The position numbers were made by a program, and so were the translations under genes. Shown here one piece after another: positions 13,748 through 26,330 of a stretch of DNA of 64,000 nucleotides. The notes beneath the pieces were generated by a model. The model had not been told where the DNA came from, ran no database searches, and saw nothing but the letters and a program-made list of their open reading frames with translations. This stretch comes from Octopus sinensis (lineage: Eukaryota), in NCBI RefSeq assembly GCF_006345805.1, contig NC_043013.1, positions 16,058,001 to 16,122,000 of the forward strand, given 5' to 3'. The stretch's first letter is position 1. Each line of letters begins with the position of its first letter.

Positions 13748-13971
13748 AGAGAGTGAGTGTGTGTGTGTGTGAATGTGTGTGTGTATGTGTATAGGCTGTA
13801 AAACAATGCCTCTAGTACATGGGTCTAGCTCATGTAATCATGAAAAAAACGGCCATCCTGCACAGATATTTATTTAGCTTTCCATGCATCTAAGCACCTA
13901 TCTATCCATTCACCTGCGTATCTATCAAGATATATATGTATATTTATTGAGAATCAATTGTTGGTTCAAAG

Positions 13972-14952
13972 CAGCGGTTCTCAAATCAGGGTCCATATAA
14001 GATTATTTTGTTAAAACTTATGAGCAATGAATTGCTTATGCTTCTACACTAAATATTTAAAAATTTCTTATAATAACGACCGGTGAATTTCATCACATTT
14101 ACACAAAACCGTTCAACAAAATATTTTTTTTTCCCTACATTGTTTCCCTTTTGCCAGTCGGAAAATTGAAGACTGATGATGTTATTCTGTCAAAGCGGGA
14201 ATGCAAGATTTCCACGCTTATATTTTTGAACTTATGCGTTTCTTCATTTTATATTTTGAGTTTGAAAAAGACAGACAAGATGTCGAAATATCGTTCAAAC
14301 CAATAAATGATCTCTTACAATCACATCACGCTCGTCTTATTGTCTATTTACCTTTGTGAGGAGTTATGTCAATTTTTTTTTATACAATTCCTATAAATAT
14401 TTCGCTATAAAAATAATAGGCTATTTTTAAAACATAGAATGAATCTTTTCGGTTTGAATGGCAGTTTTTTCTAGCGGTGTCATATGAAATTGTCACACAT
14501 AATTATGACCCTAGTATCGATCTATTGCATTTCAATCTGTTTTAGGGTTAAGGTTAGTTAGGGTTAGGGTTCGGGGGAAGGGTATCTTTTTTTCTTCACA
14601 AATGTAAATAAACCCAATCTGTTTCCTAAACGATGGGCATATTCATACGGCACAGAATGTTTTTTACCTCAATAGACGTCACTGATTGGTTGAAATTGCA
14701 GAAATTGAAGAACAAAAAAACAACAAATATTTTACAAACTATAGAATTTTCTCAATAAAGCCAAGAGAAAAAGATGTTTTATAAACACATTCTACCAGTA
14801 TACGAAGTTTAAAAGTGTTTAGTTACGTGGAAATTATTTTAAAAAACTGCCGTTCAAACCGAAAAGATCCCATAAAATAGCTATGGGGATCCACCCGAGA
14901 AAAAAAAGGAATCAAGGGGGTCCTTAGGTAGAAAAATGGTTGGGAACAACTA
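13972..14952. mobile_element. hAT-like MITE hosting the nested MITE
   Basis: Ends CAGCGGTTCTCAA / TTGGGAACAACTA. 8-bp flanks GTTCAAAG/GCTTAAAG. A related fragmented copy lies at ~43910-44885. Confidence 0.6.
14441..14870. mobile_element. MITE with ~30-bp TIRs and 8-bp TSD (Merlin-like), with internal TTAGGG-like repeats
   Basis: TIR G(A/G)ATCTTTTCGGTTTGAA(T/C)GGCAGTTTTTT at both ends. TSD CATAGAAT/CATAAAAT. TTAGGGTTAAGGTTAGTTAGGGTTAGGG at ~14542-14570. The superfamily call is inference. Confidence 0.8.
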
Positions 14953-15800
14953 GCTTAAAGGAATGGGCACCAAGCTTTTTTGCACCACGGACTGGTTTCG
15001 TGCAAGACAATTTTCCCACGCACTAGGGAATCACTCTGCAGGCTACGATTGTCAATTCAATAGAAATAAAATTCTATGCCACCCTGTACCAAATGAACCA
15101 CGGAACAGTGGTCAAAAGTGTCTTGTTAGCAACCAGAGTAGCTTCCCTTACATCTCTCAAGTAAATTGTTTATTTATCTCCCTTGCGTTAATAACGTTTA
15201 CTGTTTTTTGAGTCGAAGTGTTTTTCGTGCTCGTAGCATGACAAAATAGTGTGTAGTCCTTATTGTAAATGTGCCAGTCACTAGGAAAAGGCTTATAAGA
15301 AATATGGATTAGCTAAAACCGTGCGTTGTCGTGCGGTCCCCACTGTTACATATACAAACAAGCAGGTGGGCGGCGAGCTGGCAGAAACGTTAGCACGCCG
15401 GGCGAAATGCTTAGCGGTATTTCGTCTATCTTTATGTTCTGAGTTCAAATTCCGCCGAGGTCGACTTTGCCTTTCATCCTTTCGGGGTCGATAAATTAAG
15501 TACCAGTTTCGCACTGGGGTCGATGTAATCGACTTAATCCCTTTGTCCTTGTTTGTCTCCTCTGTGTTTAGTCCCTTGTGGGTAGTAAAAAAATATATAC
15601 AAACAAGCTGACAGGGTAGAAGACGAACACACGGACAGAATATACATATATAGCATACACCGGCAGACAACACAAACACGCACGTATACACACGCACACA
15701 CACTTTCAGTAAGGAAAAGATTTCCATGTAGTAAAACTTGTCTGCAAAAACTGAGTGTTTTGAGCTTGTGTCCTACAGATTGACCTTCAAGTAAATTTAA

Positions 15801-16536
15801 CCCTGCAGTGGTGTATCTCATACCCCAGGTGATGTTTGTAAATGTATATCTTACATTCGGCAACAGTGATAGGGCTGTCCACCCACGTAAATTTCTTGGC
15901 ACCATCCACTGAGTTAATTCACAACTCCACTCAGTTACCTGCTGAGTAATGAGAAGTGTACACACATCTGTTATTTGTGTCTGGGGTCGTGCATACCCCA
16001 CCATACCATTCACTGTACCATTTAATTGACTGGTACATTTTTGTTTCTTTTTCCTTATTGTTTATTATATTTTCTTTATTTATTTTTATATCTGAAAGGC
16101 TGATTATTTCTCGCATAAAATTAGATGACCAACATTCTTTTTTTTTTGCTATTAGACGGTTCTGAATGTCATAAAAGTGAGAAATTTTCTCTCCTTTCAG
16201 ATTCACAATGGACTACGAAAGACAAATGGAAAAATTGAGAGAGATAATTAGACATAGAAGAATCAGAATCATTTCTTGATGAAGAACCAGATGAAGAGGA
16301 ATACGAAGAGGAAGAAATAGTTTCATTTCGTTTGACCTTCATTTTCAAAGAGTCCTTGTCTATTTTTGTTTACACGATAAATAAATACATTATATCAGAA
16401 TATGTTTTTTGGTAATACTATTGCTTAAGAACACACAAAGTAATAAAAAGTACTAAAAACAGCTAAAACTATGAGTGGGATTTTTCATACTCCACTGCAC
16501 CAAACATGAAAAATACAGAACTTCACCACCAGAGGG
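15801..16536 (+). mobile_element. piggyBac-like non-autonomous element
   Basis: TTAA|CCCTGCAGTGGTG ... CACCACCAGAGGG|TTAA. Broken acidic N-terminal remnant MDYERQMEKLRE...DEEPDEEEYEEEE at ~16208-16320. Confidence 0.65.
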
Positions 16537-16607
16537 TTAAGAAGGAACAACTTTGTAACAATAGTTCCATTAAAAAGTGGGAATTTAAAAAAAGAAAAAG
16601 AAAATCA

Positions 16608-17005
16608 AGGCGTAGGAGTGGCTGTGTGGTAAGTAGCTTACTTACCAACCACATGGTTCCGGGTTCAGTCCCACTGCATGGCACCTTGGGCAAGTGTCTT
16701 CTATTATAGCCTTGGGCCTACCAAAGCCTTGAGAGTGGATTTGGTAGACAGAAACTGAAAGAAGCCTGTCGTATATATGTATATATGTGTATATGTGTGT
16801 ATATGCTTGTATGTCTGTGTTTGTCCCCCCAACATTGCTTGACAACCGGTGCTGGTGTGTTTATGTCCCCGTAACTTAGCGGTTCGGCAAAAGAGACTGA
16901 TAGAATAAGTACTAGGCTTACAAAGAATGAGTTCTGGGGTCGATTTGCTCGACTAAAGACGGTGCTTCAGTATGGCCACAGTCAAATGACTGAAACAAGT
17001 AAAAG
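16608..17005 (+). mobile_element. tRNA-derived CORE-type SINE family B with internal TA/TG microsatellite
   Basis: Head GGAGTGGCTGTGTGGTAAG...GGTTCAGTCCC, CORE-like CACCTTGGGCAAGTG, tail CAAATGACTGAAACAAGTAAAAGA. Other copies: ~9708-10040, 17028-17390, 19808-20192(-), 25590-25992(-), 37389-37790, 43256-43556, 44405-44775(-), 46483-46866, 51410-51715, 56520-56835(-), 59735-60090(-). Confidence 0.88.
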
Positions 17006-17520
17006 AACAATAAAAGAACAAAGAACAGGTACAGGCATGGTTTGGTGGTAAAAAGCTTGCTTCCCAACCACATGGTTTTGGGTTCATCCCACTGCATGGT
17101 AACTTTAGCAAGTATTTTCTGCTATAGCTCTGAGCCAACCAATGTCTTTTGAATGGATTTGGTTGAAGGAAACTAAAAGAAGTTAGTCAAATGTGTGTGT
17201 GTGTGTGTGTCTTTGTGTACCCACCACTGCTTGACAGTTGGTGCTGGTTTGTGTACACCCCTCATAACTTAACAGTTTGGCAAAAGAGACCAAAAGAATA
17301 AGTACCAGCAAAAAAATAGGGATTTGTTCAACTAAAACCCTTGAAAGCAGTACCCCAGCATGGTCACTGTCCAATGAGTGAGACATGTAAAAAATATAAA
17401 AAATATATATAAAAAATATCAAACAAATAAAATAATTACTGGCAGTGAATTAAGGATTTTTTTTTGTGTTTCAAAAAACATAAATAAAAGAAGAAAACCC
17501 CAAACTTCTTTTCAGCTCAC

Positions 17521-17714
17521 CTGCATCCCTATCCATGGGATCTGAGCCCCATTTATTGCCAGCAGCCCCTGTTATAATATGGATTGGTGCAGCAGCATCT
17601 GTGTAGTTCTCACTGACCACTTTACCATCGTAAACAGGATACAGACGTTCATAAGAATGTTCGTGAGCTTCAAAAATCACATCAACACCAGCAATGTAGA
17701 ATATGTTCTCCAAG
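17521..17714 (-). CDS. ACP7: ACP7-like exon 8: AHEHSYER (GHxH-type) motif
   Basis: Acceptor cttttttcag, donor gtgagc, 194 nt. Reads (H)LENIFYIAGVDVIFEAHEHSYERLYPVYDGKVVSENYTDAAAPIHIITGAAGNKWGSDPMDRDA+G. Confidence 0.96.
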
Positions 17715-18000
17715 CTGAAAAAAGAAAAAGAAACATTCAGAGAATATCAGTGGTTTTCTTCAACAAGGTATTAAAATAACAAAAAAATTAACAAAAATAG
17801 AGAACATATAGAGTTTATTAATTACTCTCTTATACACACATGCACTTTCGTTTTTTTTTTGGGGGGGGGGGTCATCTTTACTTTGTTATCTCCCCTACTT
17901 CTTGCCTCTCGTGTGTGACCCTTCTGTCCAAAGTCAGTTGCCATGATAGATCGTTAGCCACTACACACATTTTTTTCTCTCCTTGTTTTTTTCTGTGTCC

Positions 18001-18036
18001 CTTTCTGTAGAAGAGCGTAGGCTCGAAACATAAAAG
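18001..18036 (+). ncRNA. Minimal hammerhead-like motif (core CUGUAGA) in a Penelope-type repeat (~17880-18127)
   Basis: CTTT-CTGTAGA-A-GAGC-GTAG-GCTC-GAAA-CA-TA-AAAG. Paralogue at 37245. Confidence 0.5.
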
Positions 18037-19034
18037 ACTTTTTCTATTCCTGAGCATTATACTAATACATCTGTTTGTTTTGTACACCACCAGTCTTCAT
18101 CTTTTGTTTTTTTCGTAAACTCTCCCTAGTTTATTAATTAGTTTATTAAATATTTTATTAGGCTGGTCCCACAATGTTTTGCCATCTGTTGCAGCTCTTC
18201 ATCATCTGGTATGCACAGCAACCAGCAATAACTGTTATTGACAAGGTCATTTTTTTTACAGCTTGACACCTTTTGTATCAGAAACCACAGCACAGTATTG
18301 TAGAGCCTCCATCCCTTGGGGTCGGCCATATATCTGTAAATGTGTATGCAAGCCTGGGCAAGATAATTTGTGGAAGATTGTTTGTTGGTGTTACATGCAA
18401 GTTACCCTTCTGTGTGCCGCTTATGTAGTCTAAGGGAAAGTCTGCTAGTTTAGAGCCAAAACAGGTAGTACTAATTTCATTGTAAGCCTTACTGTCAGAA
18501 CACAAGGGGCAAGAACAGATAACACAAGGCAAACTATATGACCCTCTAAACAGTTCTGTGAATCGATCACCCTGGTTATTTTTTTTATCAACCCTAAAAG
18601 GAAAAGCAAAATTTACCTTGGAGGAATTTGAACTCAGGGAACCAAAACAAAAACTGTAAAACATTCTATCCAACACTAATGACTGCAAACTTTCCACCTT
18701 TCATAAAATAGACTTAGTGCAGTTTATAATGTCACCGGCACTGGGGGAATTCCTGACAAGATTTTACAGTGATCTCTACCTTACATTTCTTTTGTCAGAG
18801 TTACCATTCTCCCTGACAGGCTGCTGGCCCTGTTGGTTCAGATATTAACATCTTCCCTGCTCATAACCGTTTTCCTTTTTCCCCTGTGTTTTTCACAACT
18901 GGATCGCCTTACTTTCACCAATCAATTTACAGTCTAGACTGTAAATGCATTTTAATCCTGATGGCGGCTGTCTGCAAGTACTAGAGTGTCAGGTAACACC
19001 TGACTAGCTCCACTTTAGTCTCACAATAGATTAG

Positions 19035-19074
<40 letters not shown>

Positions 19075-20611
19075 TAATAATAATAATAATGAAATTATTG
19101 TATACAGTGCTCAGGTGCACCACAACTTGTCAAAAGTGCGTATAAAGTATTGGATAAAGCAATTTAGTCCCAGGTTAGATTAAATTAAATGCACTTTTAG
19201 TCAGAGGCCTACCACCCATGACTATCCCATCTTGAGGATGTAGGACAACATTATTCAGTATTGTTCATTCAGTATGTTGTTTGCTCATGGGAAAGTTTTC
19301 TAACCTATCAGTATATATAAATGTACTTATTCACGGCTATAAGCGGTTTAACTGCTATTTCTAGCAATATACGTACGTGTAACATATGCAGTCACAATTA
19401 GTGATGACTAAATCTTGCCTGTATGGATTATATTGCACTCAGCTGCCCAACATTAATCTTATGTTGTATGATTTGGCATTTCACTAAATCAGCCATAAAT
19501 ACATATGGCAAATATGTTGATACTAACAAAGAGAATTAGCTGTTCCATGGAAGCAGAGGAGGAACACTATTGACAACACCAATTTTGATGAAATTTGCAG
19601 TTCTAACTTCGCTTTGATCATAGAGCAGTCATCTACCTTGTCAGCAAATAAAATGTGCTTTTTAAGCAGCTATAAGTGGTTTAACTGCTATTTCTAGCAA
19701 TATAATGCTTTTGTAGCACATGCAGTCACAATTAGTGACGACTAAATTTTGCCGATGATATGGTTTATGTTGTGCCCAGCTGCCCATATAAATTTTATAT
19801 TATATATACTCTTTTACTCTTTTACTTGTTTCAGTCATTTGACTGCAGCCATGCTGGAGCATCACCTTTAGTCGAGCAAATCGATCCCAGGACTTATTCT
19901 TTGAAAGCCTAGTACTTATTCTATCAGTCTCTTTTGCTGAACTGCTAAGTTATGGAGACGTAAACACACCAGCATCGGTTGTCAAGCAATGTTGGGGGAC
20001 AAACACAGATACACAAACATATACACACACATACATATATATATATATACGACAGGCTTCTTTCAGTTTCCGTCTACCAAATCCACTCACAAGGCTATAG
20101 TAGAAGAGTCTTGCCCAAGGTGCCATGCAGTGGGACTGAACCCAGAACCATGCGGTTGGTAAGCAAGCTACTTACCACACAGCCACTCCTGCAACAGTAA
20201 GCAAATGTGTACCAACATCTTATTTTGAATAACCATCATTAAATATAACTGAGGGATTGCTAGAAATAAGAGCTAAATGCTCTAATGCTGCAGTCAAAGT
20301 ATATAATTGTTTGTATACATACATGCTGACAGAGACTGTAATAGCGTGAAGAGCAGCAGGTGAGAGATTCCCAGACTGATTGACCAGTTTTGGCCTTTGC
20401 TGTAGCCTCTTCAGTGGGATCAGCCTACTTGGCTGATTCCAGACAACAACCACTCTCAGCATATATGACTACACCACAGAAATCTATAATGTGTATAGAA
20501 ATAATTTATTTAGGCAGCAGTAAGCAAATTAGAGCATTTAGCTCTTATTTCTAGTAATGAAGGTGTTTATAACACCCTCAGTCATTATTAATGACGGTTA
20601 TAATTCTCCTT

Positions 20612-20844
20612 AAGGCAGCGAGCTGGCAGAATCGTTAGCACTCCGGGCAAAATGCTTAGCCGTATTTTGTCTGCCGCTATGTTCTGAGTTCAAATTCCGC
20701 CAAGGTCGACTTTGCCTTTCATCCTTTCGGGGTCGATTAAATAAGTACCAGTTACGCACTGGGGTCGATAAATTCAACTTAATCCGTTTGTCTGTCCTTG
20801 TTTGTCCCTTCTGTGTTTAGCCCCTTGTGGGTAGTAAAGAAATA
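20612..20844 (+). mobile_element. tRNA-derived SINE family A, full length with 16-bp TSD
   Basis: A-box-like TGGCAGAATCGTTAG and B-box GAGTTCAAATTCC. Core GCCTTTCATCCTTTCGGGGTCGAT. TSD GGTTATAATTCTCCTT at 20596 and 20845. Other copies: ~1-181(-), 15370-15590(+), 22080-22295(-), 24050-24415(-), 29830-30030(-), 34907-35090(+), 36545-36752(-), 41506-41737(+), 59198-59400(+). Confidence 0.88.
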
Positions 20845-21284
20845 GGTTATAATTCTCCTTGTTGGTGCACATTTGCTTACAGCAGTCTAAATAAATTATA
20901 TGTATACACATTAGCAATTCACTAAATCATCCATAGATTTCTATGGTGTAGACATGTGTGTGTGTGTGTGTGTGTTTGTTTGAGATATTGTTATGCTACT
21001 TGAGGTTTGTTGTTGTTATGGATAGCAGATCTATGGGGCAAAGAGTTCCAAACTTGACCTTTCATCTTATTTTGAATAACTAGGACAACCACTATTCAGT
21101 ATGCTCTCCCCTTCTCAAGGTAGTAGGGTGTAATTTGAAGCCGGTTCAGAAGCTATTCTTGCAGGTCAAACAATCAGGTCATACAGTCAGGTAAAATTTC
21201 AAATATGTCAAGAGAGATTTTTATACAAGCAACAAATTGTCTAGAGAGGTTGTTGTTGTTGTTGTTGCTGGTGTTTGTTTGTAT

Positions 21285-21632
21285 GTTGAGCGAAGTGGTC
21301 TTCGTCCTATTAGTGGGAGAAGTCCAAAACGTGGTCCTTTGCTATTCGTAAGACCCACAGAAGAGAAAGCAGGTCAACCCCCGACACCGAGAGCATCGAC
21401 AGATAGATGAATGTGCATCCAGGCTCAGTGGTTACGTAGGAAGTCGGAGACAAGAAACAGGAAGAAAGAGTGAGAGAAAGTTGGGGCAAAAGAGTACAAC
21501 AGGGGTCTCCAGCATCCCCTGTCGGAGCCTCATGGAGCTTTAGGTGTTTTTCGCTCAATAAACACTCAACGCCCAGTCTGGGAATTGGAACCGCGAGTCC
21601 GCTGCCCTAACCACTGGGCCATTGCACCTCCA
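21285..21632 (-). mobile_element. tRNA-derived SINE family F
   Basis: Minus-strand head GGAGGTGCAATGGCCCAGTGGTTAGGGCAGCGGACTCGCGGTTCCAATTCCC (A and B boxes), with an (AAC)n tail. Confidence 0.7.
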
Positions 21633-22452
21633 CTAGTGTCATGAGATGGTGCTAGGTGTGTCGCAGTGTAACCTGAATGATTTTTTTTCCCTATACTTTT
21701 AGTTATATATTTTTTTTTAGTTCAGGTGTGCTGCTGAATTTTGAAAAGTATATAAGTGTACCACAAGCAACAAAAGGTTGTGGAGCATTGATTTGACTAT
21801 TCTGCTCCCCCATTTCACTTAAGCATGCATACATACATATGCCTGGTGAACGAGTGCCTACCACTGAAGTGATCCAATAAGATTGAAATCACATGATCTG
21901 GTCATCTCCAAGCTAGGGTGGCAGGAGTTCTCTCCGGTTTGCAATGAATATCAAGTGTGAGAGAGCACTGAATAAACCAGCTGGAAAGAGATGTCTTTCT
22001 GGGGTTGAAATAGCAATATTGTTGTCTCTTAGGGGACAGCCACATCAAAGTGGTGATATACACCACTAGATATATATATATTTCTTTACTACCCACAAGG
22101 GTCCAAACATAGAGCGGACAAACAAGGACAGACAAACGGATTAAGTCGATTACATCGACCCCAGTGCGAAACTGGTACTTTATTTATCGACCCTGAAAGG
22201 ATGAAAGGCAAAGTCGACCTTGGCGGAATTTGAACTCAGAATGTAACGACAGACAAAATATCGCTAAGCATTTCGCCCAGCGTGCTAATGTTTCTAAAGG
22301 GTAATAACATAGATTACTACCAGTGTCCCAGCACAAAGGATGAATTAGTCATTAGACAAAATATTATTCATATAGAAAAATATTATTCATGTAGAAATAT
22401 AATTAAGGGCTCCTAAATAAGGATGCCAAGTGCATCGTATGAAATATGAATA

Positions 22453-22839
22453 TCTCTCTCTATATAAACGGCAGTTTGTCTGTGCGTGTTTCTGTGTGTC
22501 TGTTTGCTTGTACCCTCACTCTGACCACGGCTTTCAACCGATTCTGATGAAACTTGACACACACATAGCCCAATATCATAATTCAAAACTAACGCAGCGA
22601 AAATTTTGAAAAGTTCGCCCAGTTCTGAAAAAAATCGATAAATTCGACATGGGGTCGAGAATAAAAAAAAAACAAACCACAGACTGTCTAGGGGACGCAA
22701 CTGAACCTTTTTTTACTCTCAAAAAAAATTTACCATCATTTTTCTTCCATTTTTTTGCTATTTTTTGGCTATAACTCTCTAAAAATGCTTTATAGTTATT
22801 TCCCTTACAAACCTGAGCAACGCCGGGCGATACTGCTAG
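22453..22839 (+). mobile_element. Non-autonomous Helitron-like element
   Basis: 5' TCTCTCTCTATATAAA. 3' hairpin CCTGAGCAACGCCGGG then CTAG. Inserted between A and T with no TSD. Empty site visible in the paralogous sequence at ~23740. Confidence 0.8.
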
Positions 22840-22920
22840 TAATAAATAAAAGAATGAAATATGAAACGGCTTACCCGCTCCAGTTCTTTATCTATTCTGG
22901 CATCATCCATGCCAATAATA

Positions 22921-22954
<34 letters not shown>

Positions 22955-23308
22955 CTTTTCTACTATAGACACAAGGGCTTAAATTTGCAGGCGGGGACTA
23001 ATCAATTACATCACTGGTACCTAATTTACTGACCCTGAAAGAATGAAAGGCAAAGTCAACCTTGGCAGAATTTGAACCCAGAATGCAGTGACAGGCAAAA
23101 TACCACTAAGCATTTTGTCCAGCATGCTAACAATTCTGCTAGCTTACCACCTTAATAATAATAATAATAATATATACATAGAGAGAGAGAGACAGACAGA
23201 CAGAGATACTCATATATATGCGCACACACATACATACATACACATATACAGAAGAAAGAAATAAAGGAAAGAAGATAGGGAGAAAGAAAGAAAGAAAGTG
23301 ATCTTTAC

Positions 23309-23506
23309 TGCACTTTAACTTCGGAGTTTTCCAAAGTACAATCATCATCATTGCTGTTGGAACAATACATTGGTCGATGACCAACAGCTATAATCCAAGG
23401 ATGGTCTTTTCTCTGTTTATTTGCTTTGTCTAAGTCTTCTATTAGCCAAGCAGACTGAGCTGCAATATATCTGGTGTCTTTTATGAAGAATACTTCTGTG
23501 GAATAA
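23309..23506 (-). CDS. ACP7: ACP7-like exon 7: VxxH-type motif (AVGHRPMY)
   Basis: Acceptor tccttccag, donor gtaaag, 198 nt, phase 2-2. Reads (S)YSTEVFFIKDTRYIAAQSAWLIEDLDKANKQRKDHPWIIAVGHRPMYCSNSNDDDCTLENSEVKV(H). Confidence 0.95.
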
Positions 23507-24999
23507 CTGGAAGGAAAGGAAAAAACATTAATTTAATTCCATATTCAATGTTTTTATTTTTGTATTCTAAGTGACAGGAAGAATATGTACAAAGCAAACA
23601 AACAAAAATATATTTTGTCCAGTTCTTTATCTATTTTTCTTTATTATAGGCATAAAGCCTGAGAAAAAAAGAGGAGACACCACAGGGACAGACAACACAA
23701 AATGTGGGGTACATAGAACATATCGTATGAAATATGAATATAATGAAAGAATGAAATATGAAATGGCTTACCCGCTCCAGTTCTTTATCTATTCTGGCAT
23801 CATCCATGCCAATAATAATAATAATAATAATAATAAACTTTTCTACTATAGGTACAAGGTCTTAAATTTGGAGGAGGGGACTAGGCAATTACATCACTGG
23901 TACCTAATTTACTGACCCTGAAAGAATGAAAGGCAAAGTCAACCTTGGCAGAATTTGAACCCAGAATGCAGTGACAGGCAAAATACCACTAAGTATTTTG
24001 TCCAGCATGCAAACAATTCTGCTAGCTTACCACAATAATAATAATAACCCTTTCTACTAAAGGCACATGGTCTGACATTTTTTTTTTTTTTTTGGTGGTG
24101 GGGATAGTCAATCACATAAACCCCAATACTTGACAGGTACTTAATTTATCAAACCCAAAAGGATGAAAGGCAAAGTCTTTCCTCAGCGGGATTTGAACTT
24201 AGAATGTAATAACAGGTGAAATACCACTAAGCATTTCCAGTGGTAAATCAATTACATCAACCCCAGTGCTCTACTGGTACATACTTTATTGATCCTGATA
24301 GGATGAAAGGCAAAGCTGACCTCAGGAGAATTTGAACTCAGAACGTAACTACGGATGAAATACAGCTAAGCAGTTTGTCTGGTGTGTTAACGATTCTACC
24401 AGTTCATTGACTTAACAATAATAATTAATGTCTTGATGCTATACAAGGAGGTGGCTCGCATGGTTTCTGATTTTAATTGATAGGAAATGCTAGCATGTAC
24501 ATGTTTTGTCTTGGTATAAAAGATGGGCTACAGCAAATATTCTGCTCAATATCACAGATTTGCTTGTCACTTGATTGACCTTAATCAGCTGACATTAGTG
24601 GCTGACAATATGTGCATTTCTGATCACGAGCAGTAGTAGTAAGGGAGCATAGTAACCATGTATTGAAAGGGATTCTTTGGGCTTTCAATAAAATGGAAAC
24701 ATGGGTGTTTTATTAATTATCCTTAAACAACTGTTATACAGGTACCTTTTGAGCGATATTGGTTACTCAATCTGAAGAAAATTCTAACTGGGCCCCACCT
24801 GCAAGGTCATGTGCTGTTTATCTAGATATGAGGTCATCAGATGGCACACACATGACTGTGATGCATGTGCCTGGTGTGCCCTTATCAGACAGGTAGTCAT
24901 GACAGGTATATTAGGTTTCATATATTTGTACCCTAGTGTTACCTTGATGGCATGTGCTGCTCTCTCACTCATATATAATAATAATAATGATGGTAATAA

Positions 25000-25545
25000 T
25001 AATGATACAGTTTATTGTATACAGTACGGAGGTGTACTACAACTAAGTGCAATAAGTCAAGTAAAGAATGACAGTAATGAAATCTAGAAGTACATGCACG
25101 GTTTACAGTATAAAACACAAAAAGATAGAAAAATAAACATAAAAAAAGCCATAGAGAGGAAAGGGTGTATGGTACTTTCGAAGACTGCAGTGTCCCAACA
25201 GTTAAAAACTGATGCAGTTACTTTATTCTATGCTTTGACAGTTCTGAGCATGAAAGTATTTCTGAAAGTTGTGGCTACTGCACTGGTTTTTCATTTTATA
25301 AGCATGTTTAAGGGTGGTAGAAGTATTGAGTTAAAAGAAGTACCCAAAGTTGCTGTTGGAAAGATGATGTATAATATTGTAGAATTCTACTGAGTCAGCT
25401 GCAAGATGTTGACACCTTAGTGTGTTGATGTCCAGAGAAACAGGACATTGAAAATATGGAAGGTACACATCTCTCGACAGCTTCCAGAAGATCAATATTC
25501 TAGACAGGATGGGTATTTCAGACTGGAGACCCAAACTCCAAGAGT
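25000..25545 (-). mobile_element. Degenerate CR1/L2-group LINE 3' fragment
   Basis: Minus-strand remnant ...NTLRCQHLAADSVEFYNIIH... resembles the L..RR...DL...YKI motif, followed by a decayed 3' region. Confidence 0.5.
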
Positions 25546-26209
25546 GAACAAACCAAAACCATATACAGCTTTAAACAGATAGCTCTCTCTTTTTACTCTT
25601 TTACTTGTTTCAGTCATTTGATTGTTGCCATGCTGGAGCACTGCCTTTAGTCGAGCAAATCAACGCCAGGACTTATTCTTTGTAAGCCTAGTACTTATTC
25701 TATCTGTCTCTTTTGCCAAACTGCTAATGTATGGAGATGTAAACACACTACCATCGGTTGTCAAGCAATGTTGGAGGGGACAAACATATAAACATATACA
25801 CACACATACATATATATATACATATATATGACGAGCTTCTTTCAGTTTCCGTCTACCAAATCAACTCAGAAGGCTTTGGTTGGCCTGAGGCTATGCTAGA
25901 CGATAATTGCCCAAGGTGCCATGCAGTGGGACTGAACCTGGAACCATGTGGTTGGTAAGCAAACTACTTACCACACAGCCATTCCTGCACCTATAATAGA
26001 TATTAATAGTTTCTGATTTAAGCACAAGAGTAGCAATTTTGAAGTGATATGGCATCCTAATATTCATTGGATTGATAATTCATTCCAAATTCTTACAATA
26101 GTTTTCACAATAGTAAAAAGAAAAACCATTCCCTCATCCTGCAACAAAAAAGAAAGAAAAACAATTAATTAAAGAAAATAAGTATAATTTTTTTCAAAAT
26201 GTGTCAAAC

Positions 26210-26330
26210 CTGATGAAATGTACTGGTCCAATATCAAAACTGTACCACAATTTATTCATCTTCATTGGCCAACTGGTTCCAGGCATGGAAAAACGGTACC
26301 GATATTGAGCGAATGTTTCATTGTCAATCT
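26210..26330 (-). CDS. ACP7: ACP7-like exon 6
   Basis: Acceptor ttgtttgcag, donor gtttga, 121 nt, phase 1-2. Reads (E)IDNETFAQYRYRFSMPGTSWPMKMNKLWYSFDIGPVHFI(S), with RF.MP and WYSF..G.VHF motifs. Not in the ORF track. Confidence 0.95.

Noticed and set aside
15370-15460. tRNA genes suggested by A/B-box motifs
   Set aside because: These are SINE heads followed by repeat bodies. No intact cloverleaf or terminator.
22868-22913. Possible cryptic exon on - (MDDARIDKELER|gtaagc), duplicated at ~23766-23811
   Set aside because: Good donor, but no acceptor upstream (a TAT run) and no PAP similarity. The gene model is complete without it.
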